DNA from: Phoronis australis
Lineage: Eukaryota > Animalia > Phoronida
DNA length: 64,000 nucleotides
Direction of reading: 5' to 3'
NCBI GenBank assembly: GCA_002633005.1
Contig: NMRA01000567.1
Span: forward strand, 208,778 to 272,777
The notes under the pieces were generated by a model. It was given only the letters and a program-made list of their open reading frames with translations, ran no database searches and was not told where the DNA came from. Position 1 is the first letter of the stretch, and each line of letters starts with the position of its first letter. Positions 38,432 to 50,583 of this stretch are shown one piece after another. A program made the translations under genes and the position numbers.

Positions 38432-41400
38432 AGCCCTATCGCAGGCCAAGTAGGCCACCTGACCAAGTTAACTTGGTCGGCTTACACGGTCGGACCTCGC
38501 AGACCAAGTTGATACCTCCGACCGAGCTGCAATGTACCGTTGATACCTGAATGTTTGCCATAGTGTTAATAATATGAACGGTTCTAATTAATATGGTTTT
38601 TCAAAATTAGATTTCATTTTTATGAGCATGTTCGCCAAAATAACTCTGGCCGACAAAAATCTTCATTTTATTCTTTTGAACAGGAAATAGAGTAAGCAAC
38701 TGCCTGAGTCACCGGTGGTCAGCCAGGCGGGATAGGAGCACCATGATAACACACAACGCCACAAATCAAACATTTAGATTTCACAACTACCTAATCTTTT
38801 CATATGCTTTTCACAAGAGAGATATTAACCAAATTCTACTGCTCAGTATCCTGTAGCTTGGTCTAATCGTCTTGTCACGATCGAGCCGCGCGCGGGCCCG
38901 ATCAGCTTTGTGCTCGTCATCAAACTCGTGGAATCTATTTCAGTTCTATGCCTTTCTCATCAAAATCCGTTTCTTTTGTACCTACATTTTCGATGTCTAT
39001 AACCGTTTTTCGTGCTTTTCACTGTTAGAAAACCATTACGTTTTCTGGTAACTTGGCTCGACACGTACAACTTACTCAGTTGCCACCCGACACCTAATTC
39101 ACCTTAGCAACGCCGGGTCTATAGATATTTTTGAAAATCGAGTAGCAAAATCTTAGCCTATATTTGTAATTATTGATCGTTAATAACTTCACTCATTCCA
39201 CAGAACACTCAGACACTATTTGCTGTCAAAAAAACATTACTTTACTACTTCGGTTGGCTACAGTACCGCCGAACTTGCATGCTTACTTGGTCCGGTCTGT
39301 CAACGGCCAGACCAAGTGCCCTAAGACGTCATCAAACCTGCGGAATCTGATATTTCAAACTGAGTGATCAACTTTTCTTCAAAGATCGCCTTTCCTGTTT
39401 GCATTTTTGACGTCTACAGTCATTTTTATGCTTTTCACAGTTCGAAAACAATTACTGAATTTCTTGTATCGTTTCTTAAAGTCCTTCTCTCACGCGTTGT
39501 TAACCCTTATTACATGGTTAGAAGATGTTATAAGGATCCAAGAAGTACCTACCCCATAACTAATACACGATCCATACTCGAAAACAGTTTAAATGAATGC
39601 GCCACTCACGATTCGCACCCGAAGAAACACCGCCATTTTGAACTTGCCGCGAACCCGGAAGTACAATTCATTCAGGAACCCAGGCCGAGAAAACGCCATC
39701 AGTGCGACTGGAGCAGTGCCTGTACTGTAGCCAGCAAACGGGGATAAAAAAATCGACAGCGCGCCTTAATTTTGATAAAATCAAACTACGGACAATTTTA
39801 TGGAATTTACTGAAGAAATGTGGCGAATAAATTTTGACAGAAATTATTTTGCCAGACTCGGGACCGCAGCCTATCGGACCCGGTGCGGATCGAGACCAGA
39901 CACTGGGCATGCGGTTGCAAGCTGTTTTGTCGAAGTAAAATGGTCAAATGATAAATGCTGCATATATTCAAAGGTAGTTTCAGACACTTGCATGAAATTA
40001 CGGGCTGGTTAGTCCTGTGTCACACTGCCGCGGCAGACCTTGGCCTCAGTCAGTCACCGTCCAGCTACCAGTGAAGACTATAGTCAAAATACAGCTTGTT
40101 AGTAGGCCTATACAGCTTTGCGCCAAGACTATCCTTAGGCCTAACTGTTCCCTGGCCACAAACACAAAAAAAAGAAAATTGAACAAAGTTTCTTTTTTGT
40201 AGCAACGTTTGTCAAAATGTATCAACGTTAAATCTTCGCAAATTACAAAGTAGCCGATTGAACATGCCTTTCAGTTCAGCAGACATTGTAGGTGATGCCA
40301 GAAATGAGACGAAGTCCAACGGGAATTGTGAGTACATTTATCACTTAATGAGTAACAACTGCGAGGCTGAAATTTGATGAACACTGCTAAATCGTGCAGA
40401 ATAGTAAGTAAAGATATGTCTAACTAAATTTCACCGTAATTTGTTGGCAAAAACAATTTACACAAAGTTTTAAACTCGTAACTCATCCCGCTGTCCTCCA
40501 ATATGGCTGACGCGATCCAAACAAAGTGACCCAAATTTCGCCACAAAACTTGCAATAACTTTACAGTGCTTGCCCCGATTTTGATACTTTTTTATTTTTA
40601 CTGAGTAGAATGTACTACCTTTCCGATGATAGCAAAGTACTTTTTCAAAACGAGGAAAAAAATAAAACCAAAAAAAATTGGTTCGACCCATATTGGTTCC
40701 TAGGTTCGACCGGCCTACATAAGGAACTAAACACCAATGCTATTTTAACATACTAAGTACGCGCAACATTCCAAAAAAATCAACGACCACTAACTACAAA
40801 CTATAAATACACTACATATGCAAACGAATCACATTATATTGCTAATAAAACAAAATAATGAAGACTTTTCGAGCAAGCCATAGCACATTCAGTTACAAGG
40901 AAAAAATGGCGGCGTTCAGGACAAGTTCCTGAACTGATGAGCCGGAAATGTGGGTACGGAAATAACCGATAATCATACGCTCAGAGTGAAGGGTCAAATA
41001 CGGTCAAAAAATCGCTTTTGGCAAGAAAGGCGAAAATAATATAAAGAAAGGGTGTCGAAAATAAGAATTTATGTAATAAGTATTTTCTGATACTGGAACC
41101 ACATGGGCAGTTTGCAAGAAGGACTTTAACTAAATTTCACTTGGGCTGCAAGGCTACATAAAAGGTCCTGATTATATACTTAATGCCAATGAAAACTAAT
41201 TTATTTCGTTTGACATGTACTCAGCAGCTCCAACAAAGCCATTACCCCTAGACCTCGTACGTGTCTTCAGAAAATTAACAAAAGTTTTCTGCGACTCAGA
41301 ACACTTTAATATTCCTTGCAGGTTTACTTGGTATGGACTCATCAAAGGCCGGACCGAGTAGGCTGTGACGTCATCAAACTCCCGGGTTGGCTACTGAGCA

Positions 41401-42787
41401 AGTCCGGACGAAATACTTGACACCAATGAAAAGTACCATGTACCCAGCATCTCCAACAAAACCTTTAACCCTTCTACATGCCTGTAGAAAGTTATCAACC
41501 AACTTCTACGGCCCAATACACTGTAGTTTTGCTTGCATGTTTACTTGGTCCGGTCTGTCAAAGGCCAGACCAAGTGCGCTAAGACGTCATCAAACCTGCG
41601 GAATCTGATATTTCAAAAGTTCTTTCAACTTTTCTTCAAAGATCGCTTATCCTGTTCACATTTTTGCCATCTACAGTCGTTTTTTTGTGCTTTTCATGGT
41701 ACCAAAACAATTACTGAATTTCTTGTATCGTTTCTTAACTGAATTTTACTTGGGCTGGCTACGTACAAGGTCCTGACAACATACTTAACACCAATGAAAA
41801 CTAATTTATTTCGTTTGACATGTACCCAGCAGCTCCAACAAAGCCACTACCCCTCGTAAGTGTCTTTTAAGTTATCAAAAGTCTTCTGCGACTCAGAACA
41901 CTTTAGTATTCCTCGCAGGTTTACTTGGTCCGGTCTCGTCACAGGCCAGACCGAGTGGACTGTAACGTCCTCAAACTCCCCGGTTGGCTATCAGCAATAC
42001 GGACGAAATACTTGACGCCAATGAAAAGTAATTAATTTCATTTGACATGTACCCAGCATCTCCAACAAATTACCTTTAACTCTTCTACGTGCCTGTAGAA
42101 AGCTATCAACCAACTTTTACGGCCCAATTATACACTGTAGTTTTGCTTGCATGTTTACTTGGTCCAGTGCAAGTGTAAAACTTAAAAAGAAACTTTAGAT
42201 TTTAAGACGCAAATGGGTGACTCTATTCTGTGGAACGAATAAAGTTGTTAATGATCACTAATTACAAATATAGACAAAAATTTTGCCACTGAGAACTATT
42301 ACACAGTAGCCAGGCTACGCAGTCACAGCGCACTCGGGCCGGCCCGTGACGAGACCGGACCAACTAAACTTGCAAGCAAAACTACAGCATATTCAGCCGT
42401 AAGATTTGGTTGAAAACTCTCTAGAGAAAAGCAGATGCAAAGAGTGACATTATATGTAAAACTTAAATGTTTGATTTGTCTGCATTGTGCATTTTGGCTC
42501 CAGTTCGCCCTGGCTCATGAGTAACTTAATTACTCTATTATTATTATTGATCAAAAGATTAAAATAAAGATTTTTGTCGATCACACATATTTTTGCACCA
42601 TATGGATTACTCAAATGATAAAAAGCTCATAAAAATGAATGGTTTAGAAAAGCTGCATTTGTCAGACCTGTTCACTATAACACTGGTAAACATTCAGATA
42701 TTAACGGTACATTGTAACTTGTTGGAAGGATCTACATGGTCTGCGGGTCCGACCGTGTAAGCTACCTATTTGGTCTGCGACAGCCCC
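38432..42787. mobile_element. ~4.3-kb non-autonomous DNA element with long TIRs and internal repeats
   Basis: ~250-bp diverged TIRs (GCTTACACGGTCGGACC..GCAGACCA...CAATGTACCGTT); internal units TTACTTGGTCCGGTCTGTCAA..GGCCAGACC at ~39284, 41323, 41541, 41920, 42156 and inverted at ~42340; no transposase ORF. Confidence 0.75.
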
Positions 42788-42904
42788 ATTATAAAACTGA
42801 AGTGTATTGGCGTTCATTCATCTTGTATTCAACAGTGCTTAAAGTAATTAAGACATCTTTGATTCTTAGCATTTAAGCATACTTTTCATCGAGTTTACAC
42901 TTGT

Positions 42905-43028
42905 TCCCGGGGCTCAACATAATGCACCGGAAGAGGTCTGTCGTTATAGCCGAGATTGCCCGACCTCGGGAATCGAACGAGCGACCCCGATTTAACCAGA
43001 GAGCGTGCTAACCATTCGGCTAATAGGC
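42905..43028 (-). mobile_element. tRNA-derived SINE head
   Basis: Minus-strand A-box TAGCCGAATGG and B-box GTTCGATTCCC. Confidence 0.65.
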
Positions 43029-43133
43029 AATTGCCCGTTAGCGAGTGGCTAGAGGCTCATATATATGATTCACCCGAAGCTAACTTTCACAACAGGTCAT
43101 TTGGTGCAAAAGTCATCATATTATCATACAGGT

Positions 43134-43299
43134 CAGGGGCGGATCCAGGATTTTGAATTGGGGGGGGGGGGGCAGGGCAGAGTTTTAGCCAGGATTTTGC
43201 CCATCAGATATTCGCAGCCCCGTACTGCCAAATGGAATCAGGGAGAATTATAGGGGGCCATGGCATGGCCCCTTTGGCCCCCCTCTAAATCTGCCACTG
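43134..43299. mobile_element. GC-rich MITE
   Basis: CAGGGGCGGAT...ATCTGCCACTG termini, flanked on both sides by CAGGT. Confidence 0.75.
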
Positions 43300-43329
43300 C
43301 AGGTGTATTGTTTAAATAGGTGGACTTAC

Positions 43330-43553
43330 CGATCTAATAAAACCTTTGCAAGGTGGTCATGTTTTTTCAAGTCCAACTTCTCCCGTAGAGCATTCCACCT
43401 TTCAATTTGTGACCCAATCATCACCTCGCATTTGCGTCGCCACCTACGATATTCTTTTAATCTTTCTTTCTTTATAGTCTCACTCAGTGGAGGTCTACCT
43501 CGTCTTCGCTTTCCTGACATCACAGACTGTCCAACAACGATTTCGGTTGTCAT
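43330..43553 (-). CDS. Coding exon: AT-hook plus ZNF653-N-terminus-like helical domain
   Basis: KRRRGRPPLSETIKKERLKEYRRWRRKCEVMIGSQIERWNALREKLDLKKHDHLAKVLLDR then gtaagt (phase 2); resembles recalled ZNF653 RGRPRL...RRVYLGEAHGPWVDLRRRSGWSDAKLAAYLI. Confidence 0.7.
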
Positions 43554-44899
43554 CTGATACCAGCTGTGAATAATGATGGCTGTCGAAAGAACCTCGCAGT
43601 TCCCTGAGAGTAAAGATCTAATCTAAGACGTTAACAGTCTCTCTAACCTAGCAGAGATCACGCATGCTGGCTACCACCTCGCGGCACAACTTGCGCCCTC
43701 TGTAATACAGCTAGGTGTGACGGGAGCGCCGTCTATTGAAGGAGTCGTGAGTAACGACGAATCGTCAGTGAAGTTCTAGAAGCTAGAGTGAGTTATTATA
43801 TTTTAAAGGGGTGTAAAATGGTAAATTCCTTATTTGGTACTTCCAATGACAAAATTTTAAGTTGCATTTTGATTGGTGTGAAGTTGCATTTTGATTGGTT
43901 TTTACGTTTAACTTGAGACCCCTATTTTAGCGTAATTTGGAACATTCGCGGTGCGAATGACGCCTACTATAAAAATGGGCCCCTCACGCTAAAACTTCGG
44001 ATTCTGCAGGGTCTCGACCATCCGCAAGGAATCCCAACCAAACAAAGTAACTGTTTGGGCCTTTTAAATTTGGACTTAAACGTTTTTCGGCGAATTTTTC
44101 TTGTTTATAAATTCTTTGGGTTATACGTCAAAGCTGCGATGTCGACAGAAGTTAGCGATGAGTTGTAAGTTTGTAGCCATTTGTATTTCATATTTAGTGC
44201 TTCATAAACTCGGTATATTTATCTTCTTCTCTCTTATTTCACTAGCTGTAAGTTGTCACCATAGTCCTCTCGTATGCGATTCGAGCGAGTGAAAAAGTAC
44301 ACAACGCGTCTAATATTTTTATCGGCTACGAACAGTCGATATTTTAGATACTAAGTAGATCGGTGCTGGCCGCTCCACCGACTCCCGTTACATAGGCAAC
44401 TTGCGAAAGTTGATATGTTCCGTATCTAATGGTGCGAAATATAAAACAAAGGCGGCCGCTATAACATGCCGCTAGTTTCTTTGGGTCTTCAAGGGAACGC
44501 CGCAAATAAGGCATGTTTTTTCAATTAATATACTATAAAAATAAAATATCTAATACACCCACAGTGACGAGGTAATGAAGCACTGAGTTTTAAAATAGCA
44601 TCATAGGGCTTACTGAGTTTCAACATTTGCAAATACGGTGTAACTATAACATCTCATGATAGGCTGTGCGGTATTGGATATCGTTCTTTGGTGTATATTT
44701 CAAACGTCCAACGTCTAAAATCTTTGCACTATTTTCAAATAACCTGTACTAAACCATACATACATTTTGATACTGGTTGATAAAATTTGAAAAAATCCGT
44801 GTACCCCCAAACGACATACTAATTCCAGATTCGCCTTTAGCCTCCACATTTAAGGGAACTTATCAGGTTTTGTTGCTGCCGACGAAAAACATAATTTTT

Positions 44900-46675
44900 G
44901 GGATTCTTGTTGAATGGATTAGCGTAGAGCTTTACCATTCAATGGTCAGAGATATAACAAAAGCAACGCGGAGCGTTGAAATGCGCCCACGAATGCATCG
45001 CAAATGGTGTGCTTTTAGGGTTGTTTATTTGTGTCATAAAAATGACCACTAGATCCGAAAACGGGAACATGGCATTGTTTCGTTAATAGAAAGCCTTATG
45101 CCAAATTTCATAGAAATCCGTCACGGAACTTCAGAGAAACAAAGGAAAACAGATTAAAATGAAATTGCCACTAGGGGGTACACTGTTCATTGCATCCGTC
45201 ATTGTCTGTTGTTAGCTTCATATAAATACACTTTTGACAAATTAAATTTAATAAAGATTGGGTTTAGGAGATACAGCTATGGGCGCAAAACAAAACAAAA
45301 CAAAACTACCACTAGGAGTCGCCACAGTAGTCAGAGTTGTCATCGTCAACCGTCCTCTTTACACTACGAACACCAATTTTCACTAAAACATCCTTAGAAT
45401 GATTTGGTTGATAGAGGGGTAGTCGCCAAAAAAAGACTCGAAAACAGCAAAAATGGCCACTAGGTGGCACAAAATACCTTGATTCCAACCGAAAACGGGA
45501 AGATAGCGTCATCTCACCAGTAGATGCCCGTATTCAAAATTTTATGAAAATCCGTTGAGGACCTTTAAGATACAGAGGTAAAGTTGCCACCAGGGGCACG
45601 CCAGTAGTCAGATCCATCGGAAAATCGTCGTCGTCCGTTGTCAACATCATCACTTTTTAAATTTAATAAAGATCCTGCAAACGGTTTAGGATATACAGGC
45701 ATGGGCGCAAAAAAATCGAAACTGCCACTAGGAGGCGCCACAATAGTCAAAGTCATTAGAAATCATCATCACCCGTCCACTTCATAGTAAAAACATACAT
45801 ATCCTGAAAGCGATTTGGTTGATAGAGGGGTGGACGCCAAAAACAAGACTCAAAAACAGTTATATGGCCACTAGGTGGAGCAAACTAGGTCGAATCCATC
45901 CGAAAACCTAAAGACAGCGTCACCTCACTAACAGAAACATGTAAAATAATTTTACGAAAATACGTTGAGAACCTTTGAAGATACAGAGGTAAACGTAAAA
46001 AATAAAATTACCACTAGGTGGCGGGCACACCAGTAGTCAGCTATGTCCGAAAGTCGTCGTCGTGTGTTGTCATCACCATATTAATGCATTTACTAAATTG
46101 GTTTAGGAGATATAGCCACAGGCGCAAAAAAAACAAAACTGCCATTAGGAGGCGCCACAGTAGTAGAAGTCGTCGGAAAATCGTGGTCAACGGTCCTCTT
46201 CATAGTAAGAACATATGCCATGCCGGGAGCGCGGTTTGTTTGATAGAGGGGCGGATGCAAAAAACAGACTCGAAAATAGTAAAAATGGCCACTACTGAGG
46301 TGGCGCAAACTACGTCGAATCCATGTGAAAACGGGAGGATACCGTTGTCTCACTAATAGATGCCAATCATATACCAATTTTTGTGAAAATATGTTGAGGG
46401 CCTTTGAAGATAAAGAGGTAAACGTAAAAAATTAAAATTGCCACTAGGGGGGCACACCCGTAGTCGGATCCGTCCGGATTAAAGTTCGCTCATGCCGTCC
46501 CCGGCCATCCAAGGGAACACGTCAAAATTTCATGAACATACCGTCACTCGGTTTTGGAGATGGAGCAGGACGCCGGACGGACGCCGCCTGGACGGATGAC
46601 ACACGGCCCGAATGGACGGACGGACAGAGATGACGGCATAATGAGTCCACATATAAATATGTGGGCGCATTAAAA
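44900..46675 (-). mobile_element. Helentron-associated (HINE/DINE-like) element with ~425-bp tandem units
   Basis: Terminus TTTTAATGCGCCCACATATTTATATGTGG hairpin followed by a (GTCC)n microsatellite; ~3.3 units with equivalent positions at 45166, 45585, 46009 and 46439; left boundary approximate. Confidence 0.7.
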
Positions 46676-48491
46676 TGCATCTAAAACTACTCTGTGAGAT
46701 CCTCTCTGTGGAGGACTCAGCTGAATCATTTGGCTGCTTTGAGATAGCGCGTTTGCTATCGCGTTAACTTTAATTTCGGTAATAACACAGCTCTCATTAA
46801 GCTCCAAAGCATATAAGACATTTGTATATTTCAAATAACTTAACCAGTCCTTCCAGTTTATTGCCAAACACGCCGGTGCAGCGACCCCCAACCGTGACGG
46901 TATTGCATTTCAGTTTCAAGTTCGCGTTAACCCACACCCATCGTAGTACTTACATGTATTTCCCCCCTGCTCCACAACAGGTTCTGTCAAAAGGTATTCT
47001 GAGTTCACAGAACTTCTGCTCTCCTAAAACTGATACAGAAAGAATCGTCTACAGTAGAGGGCTGAGGGATATCGGTCAAATGTAATTTCCGCCGATATCT
47101 GCTAAACACTGTCGTCACTGTTGGACTTCTTATGCATCGTCTTTCAAACACTCTATCATGTACACGTATTACACATTTTGGCATGATTAATTTCTTATGG
47201 TAACTTTACTGAGCAAATACTTCAATAGCGTTCATATAAAATGGTGAGGTTTACCAAGTATTCTCCACGTGGTCCTATCGGGGAAGGTGAAACAAAAAGT
47301 CATTATGAAGGGTCGAATAAAGATCTGCCCAACCATGCGAACTGTGCAATGTCATTAAAATATCATCAATACTTTCATATTTTATCCATGGACTCATCCT
47401 CAGTATTGACTTAAAAAACCTTGTTGGGAATCGAGTTACCTCGGAATTACTGTGTCACATAAAACCGATTCCGCATACTGCCCCGCGCAAGATAATTTGC
47501 GCCATATAGACCCCTTTTCTTAAATAAAAATTTGGTTTAGATCATATACCATCGTGAAATTGGTGTCATTTCGGTCTTCACCCATGACATTTCAGTCAGG
47601 TTATACTATGGACCGTTGGGGCTAAATTAGAACGGAAATTTTTGACAGAATTAAGAAATTGCCCTCGTACTGATGCAAAACGGCTTACTTCAGTATTGAA
47701 TTGGTGATGAAATTGCAAGTTTTACAGTTTTATGGAATGGAAATGTCCTTAGCATCCCCACAGTGAAATGTTTCTGTGCATGCACTAATTTAGCAGTCAT
47801 CAGATGGCACATCCCACATCCTAGTTTTACAAAGTCAATGGATTTGATGCAAAGTAGACCACTCGTTGTTTTTTTTTTGGTAGGACAAGTGAAATTCATG
47901 CAAAAGCAAGATTGGGTCTTTTGCTGGGCCATTCACTTTCTATTGCTCAATGGATAGTAATTACATACTAGGGAAGTGGTAATCGACGTGGGGGAAGATG
48001 TCTCCAGAATAACCTGGGATCTGCGTTATTATTAAACGAAACATTGTAAATGGTTGAATTTCTATTTGAAAATGAGCATAAGTATGTGCGGTCTCTCACC
48101 AATGTGTGTTCTTGTGTGCACATGTCCAAACGACTTTCCACAGAGAACATAACTGTTTTTCTGTCCTCTACGAGTTTTTTTACCAGCTAGATCACATCAA
48201 AAGAGCCATCCATAGTGAAATAGATCTCTCACTGGTGTTTTCGAGTGTCCAGATAGATCACAGTACAGTACACTTTCAAAAGATAGCACTCAAAATAAGG
48301 TCATTCAGCAGCGTCTATACTTGAGTGGTTAGCCATGGCCATTGCTCCTTTCATATGCAAAAGATTTCCACATATAATACATCTGTGTGGTAGTATAAGA
48401 AATACTTTAAACAGACACCTTGTGTGTGTGCAGATAGATAGATCCCTGTTACGCTCAACAAACTTTCTGCAGACAGCACACCTGAAGTCTC

Positions 48492-49403
48492 TCAACAGTG
48501 TGTTTTTGTGTGTTTAGATAGATCACTGTTACGTCCAAAACACTTCCCACAAATAGCACAGCTGTATGGTTTCTCACCTGTGTGTGTTCTAGTGTGGTTA
48601 GATAGAGTAGTACTTTGAGCAAAAGATTTTCCACAGAAATCACAAGTGTAAGGTCTTTCCCCAGTGTGTGTCCTTGTATGTCTAATTAGATTACTATTCA
48701 CCTTAAAACCCTTTCCACATACAGCACAGGTGTATAGTCTTTCATCAGTGTGTGTTCGAATGTGGCTAGCAAGAGTACTTCTTCGGGTGAAAGACTTTCC
48801 ACAGATATCACAGCCGTATGGTTTCTCACCAGTGTGTGTTCTTAAATGCCTAACAACATCTTGTTTTATAACGTACGACTTGCCACACACGGTACAGCTA
48901 TATGGTTTCTCCACAGCATGGGTTTTTAAATGTCTGTTAACAAGATTTTTTGCCCTATAGGACTTTCCACACACAGTACAGCTGTATGGTTTTTCCCCAG
49001 TGTGTGCTTTTAAATGCATCAAGAGACTGTCCTTCGTCTTGAATCCCTTGCTACAATCATTACAGTGATAGTGTACATCACTCGGACTGCAGTTCATTGT
49101 AGCTGACTCATCAGTTACAGTGTAATCGTCACACTCCAGCTTGAACTCCGTAGGTACAAATATATTATTACCAACAGAGCAGCCTACTTCATCATAACCA
49201 TGCTGGTATTCAGTCCTCTCCTTTTTGATATAACCACTCTCTTTACTCTGCTCTCTTGCACTGCCAACAGGAGCAACCCCATGACATTCTAGGCCATGTT
49301 CCTCATTCTGACTGCATTCATTGCTATTCACTGAATCTTTGTAGCTCAGCTCATCAGAAGGTTCTTGCTTGATCACCAGTCCATAGCTCCCTTCCTTACT
49401 CAT
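48492..49403 (-). CDS. C2H2 zinc-finger protein, 7 fingers (paralog C)
   Basis: Acceptor at 49414-49415, ATG 49403; acidic N-terminus, then 7 CxxC..H..H fingers with TGEKPY-type linkers; further decayed fingers after the stop. Confidence 0.85.
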   Translation of the reverse strand: MSKEGSYGLVIKQEPSDELSYKDSVNSNECSQNEEHGLECHGVAPVGSAREQSKESGYIKKERTEYQHGYDEVGCSVGNNIFVPTEFKLECDDYTVTDESATMNCSPSDVHYHCNDCSKGFKTKDSLLMHLKAHTGEKPYSCTVCGKSYRAKNLVNRHLKTHAVEKPYSCTVCGKSYVIKQDVVRHLRTHTGEKPYGCDICGKSFTRRSTLASHIRTHTDERLYTCAVCGKGFKVNSNLIRHTRTHTGERPYTCDFCGKSFAQSTTLSNHTRTHTGEKPYSCAICGKCFGRNSDLSKHTKTHC

Positions 49404-50550
49404 GGAGAAAACTCTAAAAACAGAAATATTGACAGATGTTATACAGTTCAATAGTGCTTGTAACTACATCTCAACAAATCCAGCAAAGGAAAAGCACAAA
49501 GGCAGGAATTTTAAATGTTAGTCTATCTCAGGCACGTTCCCGTCATGACAAATATCTAGTCATAAACTAAGTCAACAAGATCAATGAAGCTTGTTAATGT
49601 CAGGCCATATTGCAGTCCTTTAGGACAAAAGCCAAGTTTGATCTTAAGTGTTATCTTTCTGTGTTATGTGCAGTTCATGCAAAAAAATCCAGAACGATAA
49701 CATGAAAATTTTTAAGTCCAGGGTGGCGATTCCATAAATTGAATATGATAAAATGAGGTGTGAAATTTCCAAAGCCAAGCAAAAATTTGAGGCTTAAAAG
49801 TGATTAGAAGAGAATGACTGTATTATCACCCATTGTTCACTAAAAGGTTGAGCAGAAAATAAACAGTAATCATGTGTCTGTAATCAAAATAACTATTCAA
49901 TAATGGGTTAGTTAGTTTTATGTCCAGCATGTACGTCTGGTCGTTTGATGTGTTGCCTGAATTTCGCAACTGCCATTGCCAAGCATGCAAAGTACACAAC
50001 ACAAACTATTTGAGGTTCTTGTTTTTATACAATCCAACTCCAAAAATCATTGACATTTGATATTATTTGCTATTTTCTGAATCCTCTTTTAATGTTGATT
50101 ACAAAAATGCAATTTCTGGATGCTAAAACAAAACCAGCCATTTTCCATCATTGTTCACAACTGGACATAAACCGTGCATTTTCCCCAACTTATTACTAAA
50201 CTGACCCTAATGGCTAAGGAAGAGTAGCTCCAACCCAAAGACAGAAGGACTTTCGTCTTGTGATGTGCATTTTCAAGTCAGACCATAAAATAGCTTAGCA
50301 AGAAATGTTTTTGAAACTGTGAAAAGAAACGGCCAACAAGTGTGATAAATTTCTGGAATCAGCATAGAGCGGTCGGGGAATCAGAAAACATAAAAATCAA
50401 ATGGGTGTGATTCTAGAGCAGAATTGCTAACAGTAGCCCAAATGTTTTCTTTCATGCAGCTACTACTTGGCAATACAACATTTGTAAAATCCACGTGCCA
50501 CTTTCAGGAAAGTTATGAAGTTGCAGGCCATTTTGGCATTTTGCAGACTA

Positions 50551-50583
50551 CTTGAAGCTAGGAACCAGGTTCCTAGCTTGAAG
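50551..50583. repeat. 19-bp palindrome with 7-bp flanking direct repeat (copy 2)
   Basis: CTTGAAG-CTAGGAACCAGGTTCCTAG-CTTGAAG. Confidence 0.85.

Noticed and set aside
40915-40950. Hammerhead-like CTGATGAG..GAAA
   Set aside because: No room for stem II and no convincing stems I/III with a cleavage triplet
48664-48960. Plus-strand ORFs over the zinc-finger genes (also 28902, 54463, 54594)
   Set aside because: Antisense shadows of the finger-coding repeats
49404-49451. ORF-track N-terminal extension of ZNF C
   Set aside because: Non-ATG start and mostly intronic acceptor sequence
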